Source of the DNA: Octopus sinensis
Taxonomy: Eukaryota
Assembly (NCBI RefSeq): GCF_006345805.1
Contig: NC_043014.1
Coordinates: 24,242,001 to 24,306,000, forward strand
Length of the DNA stretch: 64,000 bases
Reading direction: 5' to 3'
The notes beneath the pieces were generated by a model that worked only from the letters and a program-made list of their open reading frames with translations, had not been told where the DNA came from and searched no databases. Position 1 is the stretch's first letter; each line of letters begins with the position of its first letter. Of the stretch, positions 36,590 through 49,499 are shown one piece after another. The position numbers were made by a program, and so were the translations under genes.

Positions 36590-37678
36590 CCTCTATGCTA
36601 ATGACTTTGTTGTTATAGCTGAATCACTACCAGAACTAGAGAAGGAATTACAGGTGTGGAAGCAGGATCTAAAATCAAAAGGCCTTAAAGTTAATTTAAC
36701 AAAAACCAAAGTTTTAGTAAGTTGGAAAGTGGACAAATCAAATCCCTACAGGTAGAGGGCCCTGCTCGATATGTAGAAAAGGCATAGGTAGAAACTCCAT
36801 AAGATGTGCCCGGTGCAAACTATGGACATATAAGAGGTGCAGCAGGAAGGTTAACAGGGAAAATAGTCTTTGTGTGTGACAGATGTACAGGTACAATATT
36901 ACACTAAAAAAATGTACAGAAAATAGACTCCACCAAATGCCAGGTGGGATAGTTGATAGCTTCTGTTATCTAGGTGACCAAGTCAGCAGTGGAGGTGGAT
37001 GATGTGAGAGCATAGCTGCTAGAATAAGAATAGGTGGGCAAAATTTAGAGTGCTTCTACCTTTGTTGGTAACAAAGGGCCTCCTCCTCAGAGACATGCAA
37101 AGGCTTGAAAAAAATGAAGCTAGTATATTTCACTGGATGTGCATTATCAACACATGTGCATGGTCAACACAGTGTAAGCATTTTGAGAGAAAAACTGGGC
37201 ATAAGAGGCATCAGATGTGGTGTGCAAGAGAGATGACTATGCTGGTATGGTCACATGATGTATATGGATGAGGAGAGCTGTGTAAAGAAGTGCTGATCTC
37301 TAACTGTGGAGGGAACCTGTAGAAGAGGTAGACCCAAGAAGATATGGGATGAGGTGGTGGAACAAGATCTTAGAATGTTGGGCCTCATGGAGGTGATGAC
37401 AAATGACCGAGACAGTTGGCAATATGCTATGCTTGAGAAGACTCGTCAAGCCAAGTGGAATCATAGTCATGGCCAATGCTGGTGTCACATAACTGGTACC
37501 CATGCTGGTGGCACATAAAAAGCACCCATTACATTCTTGTAGTGGTTGATGTTAGGAATAGCATCCAGCCATAGAAACCATGCCAAATCAGACTGGAATC
37601 TGGTACAGCTTACCAGTTCCAGTAAAACCGTCCAACCCATGCCAGCATGGAAAGCAGACATTAAATGATGATGCTGAT
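36590..37678 (+). mobile_element. Decayed RTE (RT C-terminal half to (GAT)n tail)
   Basis: ELLYANDFVVIAES, GTCRRGRPKKIWDEVV and the 3'UTR end. Confidence 0.85.
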
Positions 37679-37684
37679 AAATTA

Positions 37685-38040
37685 TCTCTTTTACTTGTTT
37701 CAGTCATTGGACTGTGTCCATGCTGGGGCACCACATTGAAGGGTTCTAGGTGAATGAATCAACCCCAGTACTGGTACCTAATCTATTAGTCCCTTATACC
37801 AAAATGCTAAGTTACATAAACATACTAACACTGTTTGTGAAGATGTGGTGGTGGGAACAAACACACACACACAAATATATATATTTTCACATATATATTT
37901 CCATCTACCAAATCCATTCACATGGCTTTGGTTAGCCCAGGGCTATAGTAAAAACACTTGACCAATGTGCCACACAGTAGAATTGAACCCATGACCATGA
38001 AGCTGGGAAGCAAACCTCTTACCACACTGCTATGCCTGCA
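37685..38040 (-). mobile_element. Degenerate tRNA-derived SINE
   Basis: Same family as the 14045 and 30756 copies. Confidence 0.75.
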
Positions 38041-38134
38041 TCTGTTTGTGTATGTGTGTGTGTTAAATTAATTATGAATACTCATATATATTCCCCTTCT
38101 TCCATCACAGAAATAATTTAACCAATTTTCTGAA

Positions 38135-38596
38135 CTTTCTCTCTCTCTTTCTCTGACTGGGTAACTGTGTACCTCCTCTACAGCAAGATATCTGTTTCTG
38201 TCTTTCTGTCACATTCTAACCTTTCATCATCTGACACAAGATTACCTCCTCTAATGCGCCCCCTCTCAAAGATTCCTTGTCTTGCAAAGTTACTTAGTGA
38301 CCCTTCCAGTGCAGGTGCCACTTAAAAAGCATCCAGTCAACACTGTAAAGTGGTTGGCATTTAGAAGGGCATCCAGCTGTAAAACCATGCCAAAACTGAC
38401 TTAGCATGTGCTTGTGTCATGTAAAAAGCTCTCAGCTCACTCTGCAGAGTGGTTGGTATTAGGAAGAGTATCCAACTGTAAAAGCCATTCCAAAACAAAC
38501 GCAGAAGCATGATGCAGGCTCCTGCCTGGCCAGCTCCTGTCAAACCTTCCAACCCCATTCCAGCATGGAAGGAGGACGTTAAACGATGATGATGAT
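38135..38596 (+). mobile_element. Non-coding retroposon with CT-rich head and RTE-type 3' end
   Basis: Ends GGACGTTAAACGATGATGATGAT; a homolog in opposite orientation lies at 43604-44185. Confidence 0.7.
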
Positions 38597-38847
38597 ACTC
38601 AAATTTTCAAGCTTTTTTTTCTGATTTGTTAGTATCATATAAATTATTCTATATTATCTCACTTAAACTAGTTGTCATGATTAGGTACCAGATCATCTGG
38701 GTATGTTACCTTAGACAGACCAGCTAAACAGTAAAGCTAAGCACTGGCATTCACAGAAATCAGATAATTTTTGCTCATTTCTTTTTAAATCATTACCAAT
38801 ATTACAATGATTGTTACATTCTAAATGTTTTGTGACTCTCTTTTCAG

Positions 38848-38911
38848 CACCATTATCGTTGAACCAGACTGTTCTGCTAGAATCACACCACATGGAGATG
38901 TGAAAATCCTG
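38848..38911 (+). CDS. OPLAH: OPLAH exon 7, STIIVEPDCSARITPHGDVKIL
   Basis: cag acceptor, GTAAAT donor at 38912; 64 nt; completes NSTI(L/I)VEP. Confidence 0.93.
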
Positions 38912-39699
38912 GTAAATAATTCTAATTTCTTTTGCTAACAGGGTTTGTTTAATCTGAAAGTATCCATTCATCATCATCACCATCATTGTCATATTTTTTA
39001 CACTCTCTCTCTGTTTCGATAACCACTTGCTTCCCCAAAACTTACCTCCTTCTCCCCCACCTCAGCCTATATAAACTAGCATGCTCAGATTCCCCGACCT
39101 CATTTTAATCACTCCACCGAAAGAGTAGAAAACCAGATCTTCTGATAATCAATCTTGTTTTTTCAACCTAGTACATCTAATCCTCTTACAGCGCAGATCA
39201 TCATAATTACTTAATTAGTTTATTTCATTATTCTATCTATTTCATTACCTATGTAAACATAGTTTCACCTTCCATGCTGTATGTTAAAAAAAAACAAACT
39301 TAAGATCCCTTCGCTCCATCCAATTCTCTCCCTTTCTCTCTCTCTTTCACGCTCATTTATTATTGTCGCTTATTCATTCATCTATCTAATTCTGTCACAG
39401 ATTGGCTGACCGGAAACTCTTGGTTATAGCTCTAGTTAAGATTTTCAAATGCCCAATTCTATCTCACTATTATCATAATATTCAGACACCAGCAGCCTTA
39501 GTCTCTGCTATTTCATTAAGTTACGTTACCCTAAATCCCAAAAATATTTTCTCACTCGTGTTCTGGTCTCTCTCTCTCTTTCTCTCTCTCAATAACCACT
39601 TGGTTATAGCTCTAGTTAAGATTTTCAAATGCCCAATTCTATCTCACTATTATCATGATATTTTCTGGCACCAGCAGCCTTGCAGCTTTAATCTCTGCT

Positions 39700-42600
39700 G
39701 TTTTGCGGTGCACCCGCCTTCCCACTCCATCACCTGTTCTGGAAGTCTCTATCCTCTGACCTCTATTGGATGTCTCCCATGAACACTTCTAAAGACCTAA
39801 TGCCCCCCATCCCTACTTAAGGTTTATCTCCTATGTAAGATAGTAATCATGTAGTGCATAAAAATGGTGTGGTGTATGCAGGTTGAAAACTATTGTATGT
39901 ATATGAGTTCTGCCAAATGCAAGCTTCCATTTCAGGTACATGATGCTGCTGTCCCCCATCCCAGGGTTTTCATGAGCCCACACCTCCCACACCCTCAGGG
40001 TTGGCATATTCAATGTGGGCACACTGAAAGGTAGGTCTGGTGAGATTGTTGATATGCTTGTGTGGGGACGTGTAGATTTGTGCTGCATCCAAGAAGTAAG
40101 GTAGAAAGGAGGTTCTGCTAGGTTCCTCACAGGCAAAGAACATAGGTATAAGATTTTCTGGACAGGGAACACTTATGGGGTCGAGGACGTGGTTATACTT
40201 CTTGTAGAGAAATGGGTTGATATGGTAATCAAGGTAGTCAGAGTATGTGACAGAATACTTAATGCTTCATCATGGGCTAGCAACCATTATCTCAGCCTAT
40301 GCCCCTCAGCTGAGGCTACCTGATAGACAGAAAGATTGATTTTATGACACCCTCTTGTAGACTACCTCGTCGACGAATGACAGGGACCTTCTCTTTGTGG
40401 CTGGTGATTTCAATGGACATGTTGAACAACATGCAGGGATCTTCCTTGGCTAGATGGAGGCTATGATTTTGGTTCCTGGAATGAGGAGGGAACCAGGCTG
40501 CTGGAGTTCTGTGATGCAAATGATCTTATGGTTAAGGAAACCTGCCAGTCGCCTATTCACCTACCATTCTGGTAGACACACAAGTTAAATTGACTACATC
40601 CTTGCCAGGAAATGGGAAAGACGGCCACTTATAAATGCTCAAACCTTTCCAGGTGAAGAATGCACCCCAACAACATAGATTAGTAGTTAGTGACTTCAGG
40701 ATCAGGGCTAAATGGATGCCCAGAAGATGACCAGCATAGAGGAGAAGGGTCTGGAAGCTTTAGGATCCTGCGAATGGACAGAGATTTAGAGATATATTAC
40801 TTGAAGCTTTTCACAAAATAGAGGGGAATATAGCATCACATGATGTGGAAGACAACTGGAGGTTTCTATGGAACAACCTGTTGAGGGCTACTGATCATAT
40901 CTGTGGATGGCGCAAAGTTTCCTCTCGACCCAAGGTGGTAGTGGAACAATGTAGTTGGATAGGGCTATTAGGGAAAAGAAACAGGCATGGAAGGACTGGA
41001 AGAATAGTGGTAGCAGGGAATTGTATCAGACTGCCAGAAGGGAAGCTAGGAGACAGGTTTATTTAGCCATAGGGGAAGCAGATATATATAGTCAACCAGG
41101 TGATACATGAAGGAGTCCTACCCAATGACTTGTGTAGCAGCACCATAGTCAACTGCTACAAAGGTAAAGGTGATGCATTAGATACAAATAATTACAGAGG
41201 TATCAAGTTGTTGGATCAGGTAATGAAGGTCACAGAGAGGGTCATAGCCCAACTAATTAGGGAGAGAGTCAGTCTAGATGAGATGCAGTTTGGGTTTGTG
41301 CCAGAGAAAAGCTCCACTGGTGCTATATTTATGGTAAGACAGCTGCAGGAAAAATAACTAGCCAAAGATAAACTTCTGTACTTAGTTTTCATTGACATGG
41401 AGAAAGCCTTTGACTTATCTAGTGATCAATGAGGAAACTAGAGATAGATGAATGGTTAGTGAGAGCTGTACAAGCCATGTACAGGGATGCTGTAAGTAAG
41501 GTGAAGGTTGGCAACGAGTACAGTGAAAAATTTTGGTTAGGGGTAGGGGTCAACCAAAGATCAGTCCTCAGCCCGCTCTTATTCATCATAGTCTTCCAGG
41601 CAATAACAGTGGAATTCAAGACAGGATGCCCCTGGGAGCTTCTCTATACTGATGACCTTGCTCTTATAGCTGAGTCACTATCAGAACTAGAGGAGAAATT
41701 TCAGCTGTGGAAGCAAGGATTAGAATCTAAGGGCCTTAGAGTCAATCTAGCAAAAACCAAAGTCCTAATAAGTAGGAAGACAGACAAACAACAAATCCCT
41801 TTAGGTAGATGGCCCTGCTTGATCTGTAGAAAAGGCATAGGTAGAAACTCCATAAGATGTACCCAGTGTAAGCTATGGACACGTGTAAGAGGTGCATAAA
41901 TATCAAAGGAAGGCTAACTAGGAAGATAGATTTTCTGTGTAGCAAATACTCAGGAGCAATAAACACTGAAAATGCACAGAGAACAACTTCCACCACATTG
42001 CAGGGAGGAAAACTAGAAGTAGTTGATAGCTTCCGTTACCTAGGTGACCAAGTCAGTAGTGGGTGGGGAATACTCTGAAAGTGTAGCTGCTAGAATAAGA
42101 ATAGCTTGGGCAAAGTTCAGAGAGCTCCTACCTCTGCTGGTGACAAAGGGCCCCTCACTCAGAGTAAGAGGTAGACTGTATGATGCATGTGTACGAACAG
42201 CCATGGCAATGAAACATGGGCCATGACTGCTGAGGACATACATAAGCTTGCAAGGAATGAAGACAGTATGCTCCGATGGATGTGTAATGTCAGTGTGATA
42301 TACACGACAGAGTGCAAGCACCCTGAGAGAAAAGTTGGACTTAAGAAGCATCAGATGTGGTGTGTAAGAGAGACAACTGCGCTGGTATGGTCATGTGTTG
42401 TGAATGGATGAGGACAGCTGTGTGAAAAAGTTTCACATCCTAGCAGTTGAGGGAACCTTTGAAATAGGTAGACCCAGGAAGACCTGGGATGAGGTGGTGA
42501 AGCATGACCTTCAAACATTGGGCCTCACCGAGGCAATGGCAAGTGACCGAGACCTTTGGAGATATGCTGTACTTGAGAAGACACAGCAAGCCAAGTGAGA

Positions 42601-43183
42601 CCATCACCATGGCCTAAGGCAGTGCTGTATAACCAGCCCATTTAAGAGTACCCTTCAATCATTGGACAACAAACTATGCTTGCAAAGACCTGTTGAGGCA
42701 AGTGAGATCGTTGTCATGGCTGATGACAGTACTGCCTGATTGGCACCCATGCCAGTGGAACATTAAAAGCAGCATTTGAGCGTGATCATTGCCAGGGTCG
42801 TTGACTGGCTCCTGTGCAAGTGGCATGTAAAAAGCACTATTCAAGTGTGATTGTTGCCAGTGTTGCCAGTGGCACATAAAAAACACCATCCAAATGTAGT
42901 TGTTGTCAGTACCGCCCGACTGGCTCCTGTGCAGGTGGCACACAAAAAGCATCATTTAAGCATGGTTGATGCTTGTACCACCTGACTGGCCCTCATGCCG
43001 GTGGCACGTAAAAGCACCCACTACACTCTCGGAGTGGTTGGCATTAGGAAGGGTATCCATCTGTAGAAACATTGCCAGATCAGATTGGAGCCTGGTGCAG
43101 CCTTCTGGCTCACCAGCTCTCACTCAAAGTGTCCAACCCATGCCAGCATGGAAAGCAGATGTTAAACGACAATGATGATGATG
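39700..43183 (+). mobile_element. Near full-length but decayed RTE LINE (APE, RT, 3'UTR, (GAT)n)
   Basis: RVGIFNVGTLKGR, CCIQEV, VAGDFNGHV, QVKLTTS/IDYIL-like region, NYRGIKLL, LYTDDL and RGRPRKTW motifs with stops and internal deletions; 5' boundary uncertain. Confidence 0.9.
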
Positions 43184-43603
43184 AAGGCTGGTTTGCACCC
43201 AGTGGTCCCATAATTCAAACTGGAGGCTAGGAGCCAGGTGGTTCATCAATCTAAGACTGCTGTGATATTAGTAATGATTTAAAAAGAAATGTGTTAAAGC
43301 TATCCTTTTCCTAACTCTAACCACCCCACAAAGTGGACTGAGTTGCTAACAAATTTGAATGTCTTGCCTTCACTGTAACTTTGCCAGCTAAGTTGGAACA
43401 GAACAGTGTTGGTATGTAAACAGTAATATAGTAGAAGTTCTGTGCTAATTTCTTTCTTTCTAAAAAGCTAAACAAGGATTTTGGTAACAAAAAATTGCGC
43501 AATAGATGGATTTATTGAGAGTTACTGCTCTCCTCAATGGATTGCCTTTGCTATCTTAAAAAGCAATTGGAGAGTAAAAGATAAGTTTTTGAACAGAAGA
43601 AAA

Positions 43604-44185
43604 TCATCATCATCATTTAACATCCGCTTTCTATGCTGGTATGGATTGGACAGTTTGACAAGAGCTGGCCAGGCAGAAGATTACACCAGACTTGTGTGTC
43701 TGTTTTGGCATGGTTTTTACAGCTGGATGCCTTCCTAACTCTAACCACCCCACAAAGTGGACTGAGTGCTTTTTATGTGATACCAGCACAGGTGAAGTCC
43801 GTTTTGGCCTAGTTTTACAGCTTGATGCCTTTCCAAATGCCAACCACTTTACAGTGTGGACTGGATGCCTTTTACATGGCACTAGCACTGGCAGGGTCAC
43901 CAAGTAACTTGTAAGACAAGGAATCTTTGAGAGGAGAGGGGGCATCAGAGGAGGTGATCTTGTGGCAGATGATGAAAGGTTAGAGTGTGACAGAGAGACA
44001 GAAACAAAAGTCTTGCTACAGCAAGACATCTGTTTCTGTCTCTCTGTCACAAACTAGGTATATCATTGCTCAGCCAGAGAGAGAGAGAGAGAGAATGATC
44101 AAGAATGAGGACAGAAACAGGTGTGCTGCTGTAGAGGAGATACATAGTTACCTAACCAGAGGGAAGAGCAAGAGAAAGTGAGAGA
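43604..44185 (-). mobile_element. Antisense copy of the RTE-tailed non-coding retroposon, containing a fold-back hairpin
   Basis: (CAT)n start; homology to 38135-38596; hairpin at 43987-44050. Confidence 0.72.
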
Positions 44186-44700
44186 GAATGGAAGCACCAA
44201 GGCAACAAGATTGCAAGAGATGATGGCAAAGTGCCTGGGCATACTCACAAAGGGCGGGTATCAGAATATAAAGGAAGTAAAGGAAGAGAGAGATAAATAG
44301 GGGCAAGTGCCAGGGCATACCCTAAAGGTACAGAGATCATAATATAAATTGCTGGGTATTGCTAAAGAAGTGTGAGTAGGGAGTAGAGAGTTCACACGGA
44401 TGACTAAATATGTGTATTTTAACCAGCAGGTTTTGTACAACCTATTTACAATACCCTCAGTGCTTTATGTATCTATTGCTGTCTGTCATTTTTACTTTAT
44501 ACTAACTTCACAGAGACTGGCATTTCGATTTGATAGTGGCATGGTTAATAGAGCAATTAAAGATATGAAAGTAGAGAAAGTTGTTGGTCCATAGTTGCTG
44601 AGATGCTCAAAATATGCGGCAAAATAGGATATACTACTCATCCAAATAGTTAGTCAGGTAACATATGAAGGTGTATTATTCAATTACAGGCGTAGCAATT

Positions 44701-45535
44701 TCATTGTTGGTTTGGTTGGCATCCTTTCTGTCTCGGGAGACAATGGAGTTGCGCATAAAGTAGTCTAGTCCGGCTTTTATATTTCATGTCCTGATACATT
44801 TCCTGCTGTGGCTGTGTAGTCCTATCCTGGACAAACACTCCCTCTGGCATGTACCGCAAATGTAGCGAAGACTGTTCCTGGTTGGTTGTAATGCCATAGT
44901 CTCTTGTTGACGTCTCTTCTTTTCTTTCCATTTCTCCTCTCTCTCTCTGTCACTCCTTTGTATTCCCTCTTTTATGGTACGTCGCCATCTCCACGGTTGC
45001 CGGCAACTGCCTCCCAACCGCTAATATTGATGTTGCAGGCCTTCATGTCCCTTTTGCAAACATCCTTGTAATGTAAGATCGGTCTACCCACAGACCTAGT
45101 ACCCCTAGCAAGCTCTCCGTAGAGTATGTCCTTGGGGATTCTGCCATCTTTCATACGGCTAACATGCCCAAGCCATCTCATACGTCTTTGTGTGAGGAGT
45201 GCAAACATGCTTGGTATTCCTGCTTGCCTGAGGACATCTTTGTTGGGGATATGATTCTGCCATTTGATGCGGAGGATTTTTCGGAGGCAGCGCAGGTGAA
45301 AGATGTTTAGGCGACGCTCTTGGCGTGTGTATAGCGTCCAGGTCTCACTTCCATACAGTAGAGTGCTGAGTACACATGCCTGGTAGATCTTCATTTTCTT
45401 ATTGTTGTCCCAAGCCCGTTTGGAGAGTTGGGCCATCGCAGCAGCTGCCTTGCCAATGCGTAATTTGAGCTCAGCATCAAGGGATAGGTTGTAGGTGACG
45501 GTAGAGCCCAGATAGGTAAACTTCTCCACCTCTTG
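44701..45535 (-). mobile_element. 5'-truncated BovB-like RTE LINE nested in an older RTE
   Basis: FTYLGS, RIGKAAAAM, STLLYGSETW, RWLGHVSRM, ILYGEL, C-terminal CGTCQRECLSRIGLHSHSRKC; short (CCAA)n tail; one frameshift. Confidence 0.88.
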
Positions 45536-45639
45536 TAATCTGTACAATTTATGTACTGAGGTGCAGTCAGTAAAGTGAGTCAGTGATGAGTTTAGCAACA
45601 AATTTAGGGGTCCATCAAGGTTCAATCCTAAGCCATCTT

Positions 45640-46590
45640 CTATTCATGATAGCCTTACAGGTAATCACAGAGAGGTTCAGAATATACTGTCCATGACCTA
45701 GCTGTTATAGCTGAATCTATTGTAGAATTAGAGAAGGCATTCCAGACATGAAAGCAGAACCTAGAGTTCAGAAACCTCTAAGTAAATTTAGAAAAGACTA
45801 AAGCACTAGTAAATAGGGAAGAAGATAGGATCTCAGCATTATGCTTGATATGCAGAAAAAGAGTTGACAGGAACTCCATAAGCCTTCTCTAGTGCATGCA
45901 ATAGGCACATGTGGTGCAGTGAACTCACAAGCAGAGATCACTGCATCACAACAGAGAAAGTAACTTTTGTATGTGGTAGATGCACTGGGGTGATACGCAC
46001 TAAGAGCATACTGGAAATAGATTCTTTTAAATGTCTGGTTCACTCACTAATAGTTGATAGCTACTGTTACCTAAGTGACATAATTAACTGGAGGAGGAGT
46101 TGCTGAAAAAGCCTAGAACATCTTGGAAAAAGTTCAGAGAGTTATCGCCTCTGCTGGTAAGAAAGGTCTTTTCAAAGTGAAAGGCAGATTGCATGATGCT
46201 TATATTTGAACTGCAATGCTGCATGGTAGTGAAATGTAGCTTTAAATGCAGAAGATTTGCAAAAGTTTGAAGGAAATGAAACAAAGATATTCTAATGCAT
46301 GAACACTAAAGTATAAATGACATGAGAAAAAAAAAACTAGCCATAAAGAGAATTAGATGTAAGGTACAAGCGAGAAGGCTGTATTGGTATGAGCGTGTAA
46401 TGCATATAGAGGATGACTGCTCACAAGGAAATGTTGTACACATGAAATTTGTGGAACCTATGAAAGAAGGAACTGAAAAAGTTCTGGGACAAAATAGTGA
46501 AGGCTGAATGAAGATACTATATCTCATGCAGGTGATGACAATATGATTGGCAATATGCAGTGTTACTGAAGACACAACCACCCACAGTGA
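45640..46590 (+). mobile_element. Heavily decayed RTE (continuation of a fragment at ~44520-44700)
   Basis: RFDSGMVNRAIKDMK before the insert; LLFMIALQVITE and later RT-like pieces after it. Confidence 0.65.
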
Positions 46591-47041
46591 AACGTGTTGA
46601 AATGATAGTAGTAAGGTGTGTGTATGAGTGTGTCCCAACACATTTTGAATCCCTCACCTTTCTCTCATCTACCTGTTGATCACATTCTCTCCATCCATCT
46701 CCCCATTTGCTTCAATGATTTCATCTCTCTATCACTCAAACTCCACTGTCTCTCATCTCCCCACCACCTTAAACCAACAAATGGTTGCCCACCAACATCA
46801 TCTTTATCACTCTGCTTCCCCATCATTAATTATATCTATGTACTACAGACTGTCTCAATCCATCCACATCACTCTACATATACTCACTTTTCCACTTCCA
46901 GCCATCTCTATATCATTTATACCCACTCCACCTCCCATCTCACCACCTGTGATACTTACAAGCGACAAATCTCTGGAAAGGCACCAAGGTAATGGCAATC
47001 CAGGGTGAACATCACTGCGACAAGTGGAGAAGTTTAAGTAT

Positions 47042-48190
47042 CAGAGCCACTCTCACACCATCTATCATTGGATGGTGAGAGAGTGGCTCTGTGGACTCCT
47101 GTCATTGAGAGCTGAGATCCTCCCAGAGGGCAGTTGGTAAAATTTTAGAAGTTACAGGTTGGGGGTTGTGTAGGTGTGTGCTTGCATCTGTTGTAGTATG
47201 CAATATTAGAAGTGATGATGTCTAAGCAGGAGTAGCTAACCTTGACATTGTGTGGGTTGAAAAGCTTATAGTACTTATGGCCTTGATCAATGGCAGGAAG
47301 CTCCTAGCTATGTTGGTTGAAACTTTTATGTTAAATGGAGAGTTGAATCGTGAATCAGATTATTCTTCTCTTTCTGTTTCTCTTCAGGTATGATAGTGGG
47401 TGTCCTCCATACATGTTAACTTGTTATAACAGGGGGAAGTCCTATTGAAGATCTCTCTGTTGGTTGAAAGTTTAGAGATTCGCTGCTAATGCCTAAAACT
47501 AGGCTTCTAATTACAGCAGAGGGTAGCTAGAGTTTCTGTGGATATGCAGTTTCCTTGATGGGCTTCCTTTTATCGATTGTACATGTCCATTTTCAGGAAG
47601 TTTACTGTTGTCAAGTAGGTGATAGCTGTTATGGATAGGCTGAATTCTTTGAAGCTCTTTATCAGGTATTTCCTGTTCTTGTCCATGACAAATCCATTCA
47701 TATGGCTTCAAATTGCCAGGCTGTTGTTCTTGTATGTGTACTGTTGAGGGTATCCAAGATAAATAACCTGTTGAGGTCAGTAATCTTAGCCCTGTCATAG
47801 CTTCCCATAGTTACGTCAAACAGTAGATTGCCTTTCTTCACCCAGTAGGAATCATGAACCAAGATTGACTTTCTCATATTCATAATGATCCTGGCATTGG
47901 TCACTCATATCAGTGAACAGCCTGGTGAAATCTAAGGCCTTCAGGAGTAGAAGCTTCTATATTGAAGGGTAGAAATTCATGATATCATACTGCAGGCTGC
48001 TTTATTCTTGACCAGTTGATCACGGCTGTGCTGGATCCCATTGGGTGAATTCTGTGACCCTTGCAATATTGAGTTGATGGTATCAAGAATATGCTAGCTG
48101 ACAATGCCTGTCTCTCACTTGGAGGGATTGAGCAAGTTGGGTTTATGATCTTTAAGTGTGATGAGGTGATTGATGCATAAAAAGTAAACA
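47042..48190 (-). mobile_element. Decayed Penelope-like RT-to-linker fragment ending in a fold-back hairpin
   Basis: KIINP, RKSILVH..WVKKGNLLFDVTMGSYD, FNSPFNIKVSTNIA and NCPLGG motifs. Confidence 0.78.
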
Positions 48191-48435
48191 TTCATGTATG
48201 CATACACATATACACACGCATACACATATGCACAGATTAGATTGCACAAGATAGATAGATAGATAGACAACAAGCTTTGTACAGTTTCTGCCTATCAAAT
48301 TTGTTTGACACAATGGTTAGCCTGAGATATAGCAGAAGACAACTGCACAAGGTGCTGCACTGTAGAACAACCTAAAACCACTTGGCTGACAAATGAAATT
48401 GTTAACCATACAACCATATTCTTTTTCTCTTTTAG

Positions 48436-48536
48436 ATTGGTTCTTGTAAGAGTAAAGCAGTTAGTACCCAGTTAGATGCCATCCAATTGTCAATATTCTC
48501 TCATCGATTCATGAGCATTGCTGAACAAATGGGAAG
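48436..48536 (+). CDS. OPLAH: OPLAH exon 8, [33 protein letters not shown]
   Basis: tag acceptor, GTAATT donor at 48537; 101 nt. Confidence 0.96.
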
Positions 48537-49499
48537 GTAATTTTGCTTTCACTTTTTCTTTTTCCTTTCTTCAGTGTTTCTGGTTGACAATAGACATCAC
48601 CATTAATTGAGTGTACCCAACTACTGAATCAAATTGGAAATGGACTGAATTGCCAGTCTATGATTATATATAAATAGTGTAAAAACTATGTGTGCGTGTG
48701 TGTGTGTATTTGTTTTGCAAGATTCTTGTGTGTTGAAACAGAAATTGTTCTACTTGGATACGGTCATATTTTGCCAACTAAATACACACACCATATGTTT
48801 GGTCTTTATTATTATTATTCTTGTTTCTTTGTCAAAGCTTTTTTGTTACACATACTGTGACCTCTTCAGCAACTCTTTATCCCAAACCTAACGAAAAAGC
48901 TTTAACAAACAGACAATAATAATAATTATAAAGCTGAAATAAAGATCTGATATATGGTGTGTGTGTTTAATTGGCAAAATATAACCATCCCCAAGCATAA
49001 CAATATATGTATATATAATACACACATATATAATTGTTTACATAAGTGTTATATGTAATTATTGTTTATTATTCTGTCAAAGAATAATGTTATCAATTAG
49101 TGATAGTTCCTACCCTTTGAACATGTTAAAACATATCTCTTCTCTATTGACAAAGTGTGAGTTAAGTAAGATAATGAAGTGTGGAGTAAATAAGGTAGAT
49201 GATAGCTGCTATATGAATTTTGGTTTTCTTAAAAAGGAGTCCAAGCAGACATTCTTCAATAATTAATTGATAGGGAAAGGAGAATCATGTATTACTGATG
49301 ATTTTTATATACTGTTCAGAGGTGGTTTGTATTTTTTAATAAACAAACTTTCCTTATTAATTCTTGCTTGGTCTAGAGTATTATCTGCCTATTGAAAGTG
49401 GAAAGACAAGAAGAGATTTTGTTAGTGAATATCTGCACATATGTGCAATAAGTAGAATTTGTTGTGTTTTGGGATAATGTATTTGTTGACAATGAATAT

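Noticed and set aside
38711-38992. 93-aa minus-strand ORF overlapping exon 7
   Set aside because: Antisense shadow of the exon plus a CAT repeat; no recognisable domain.
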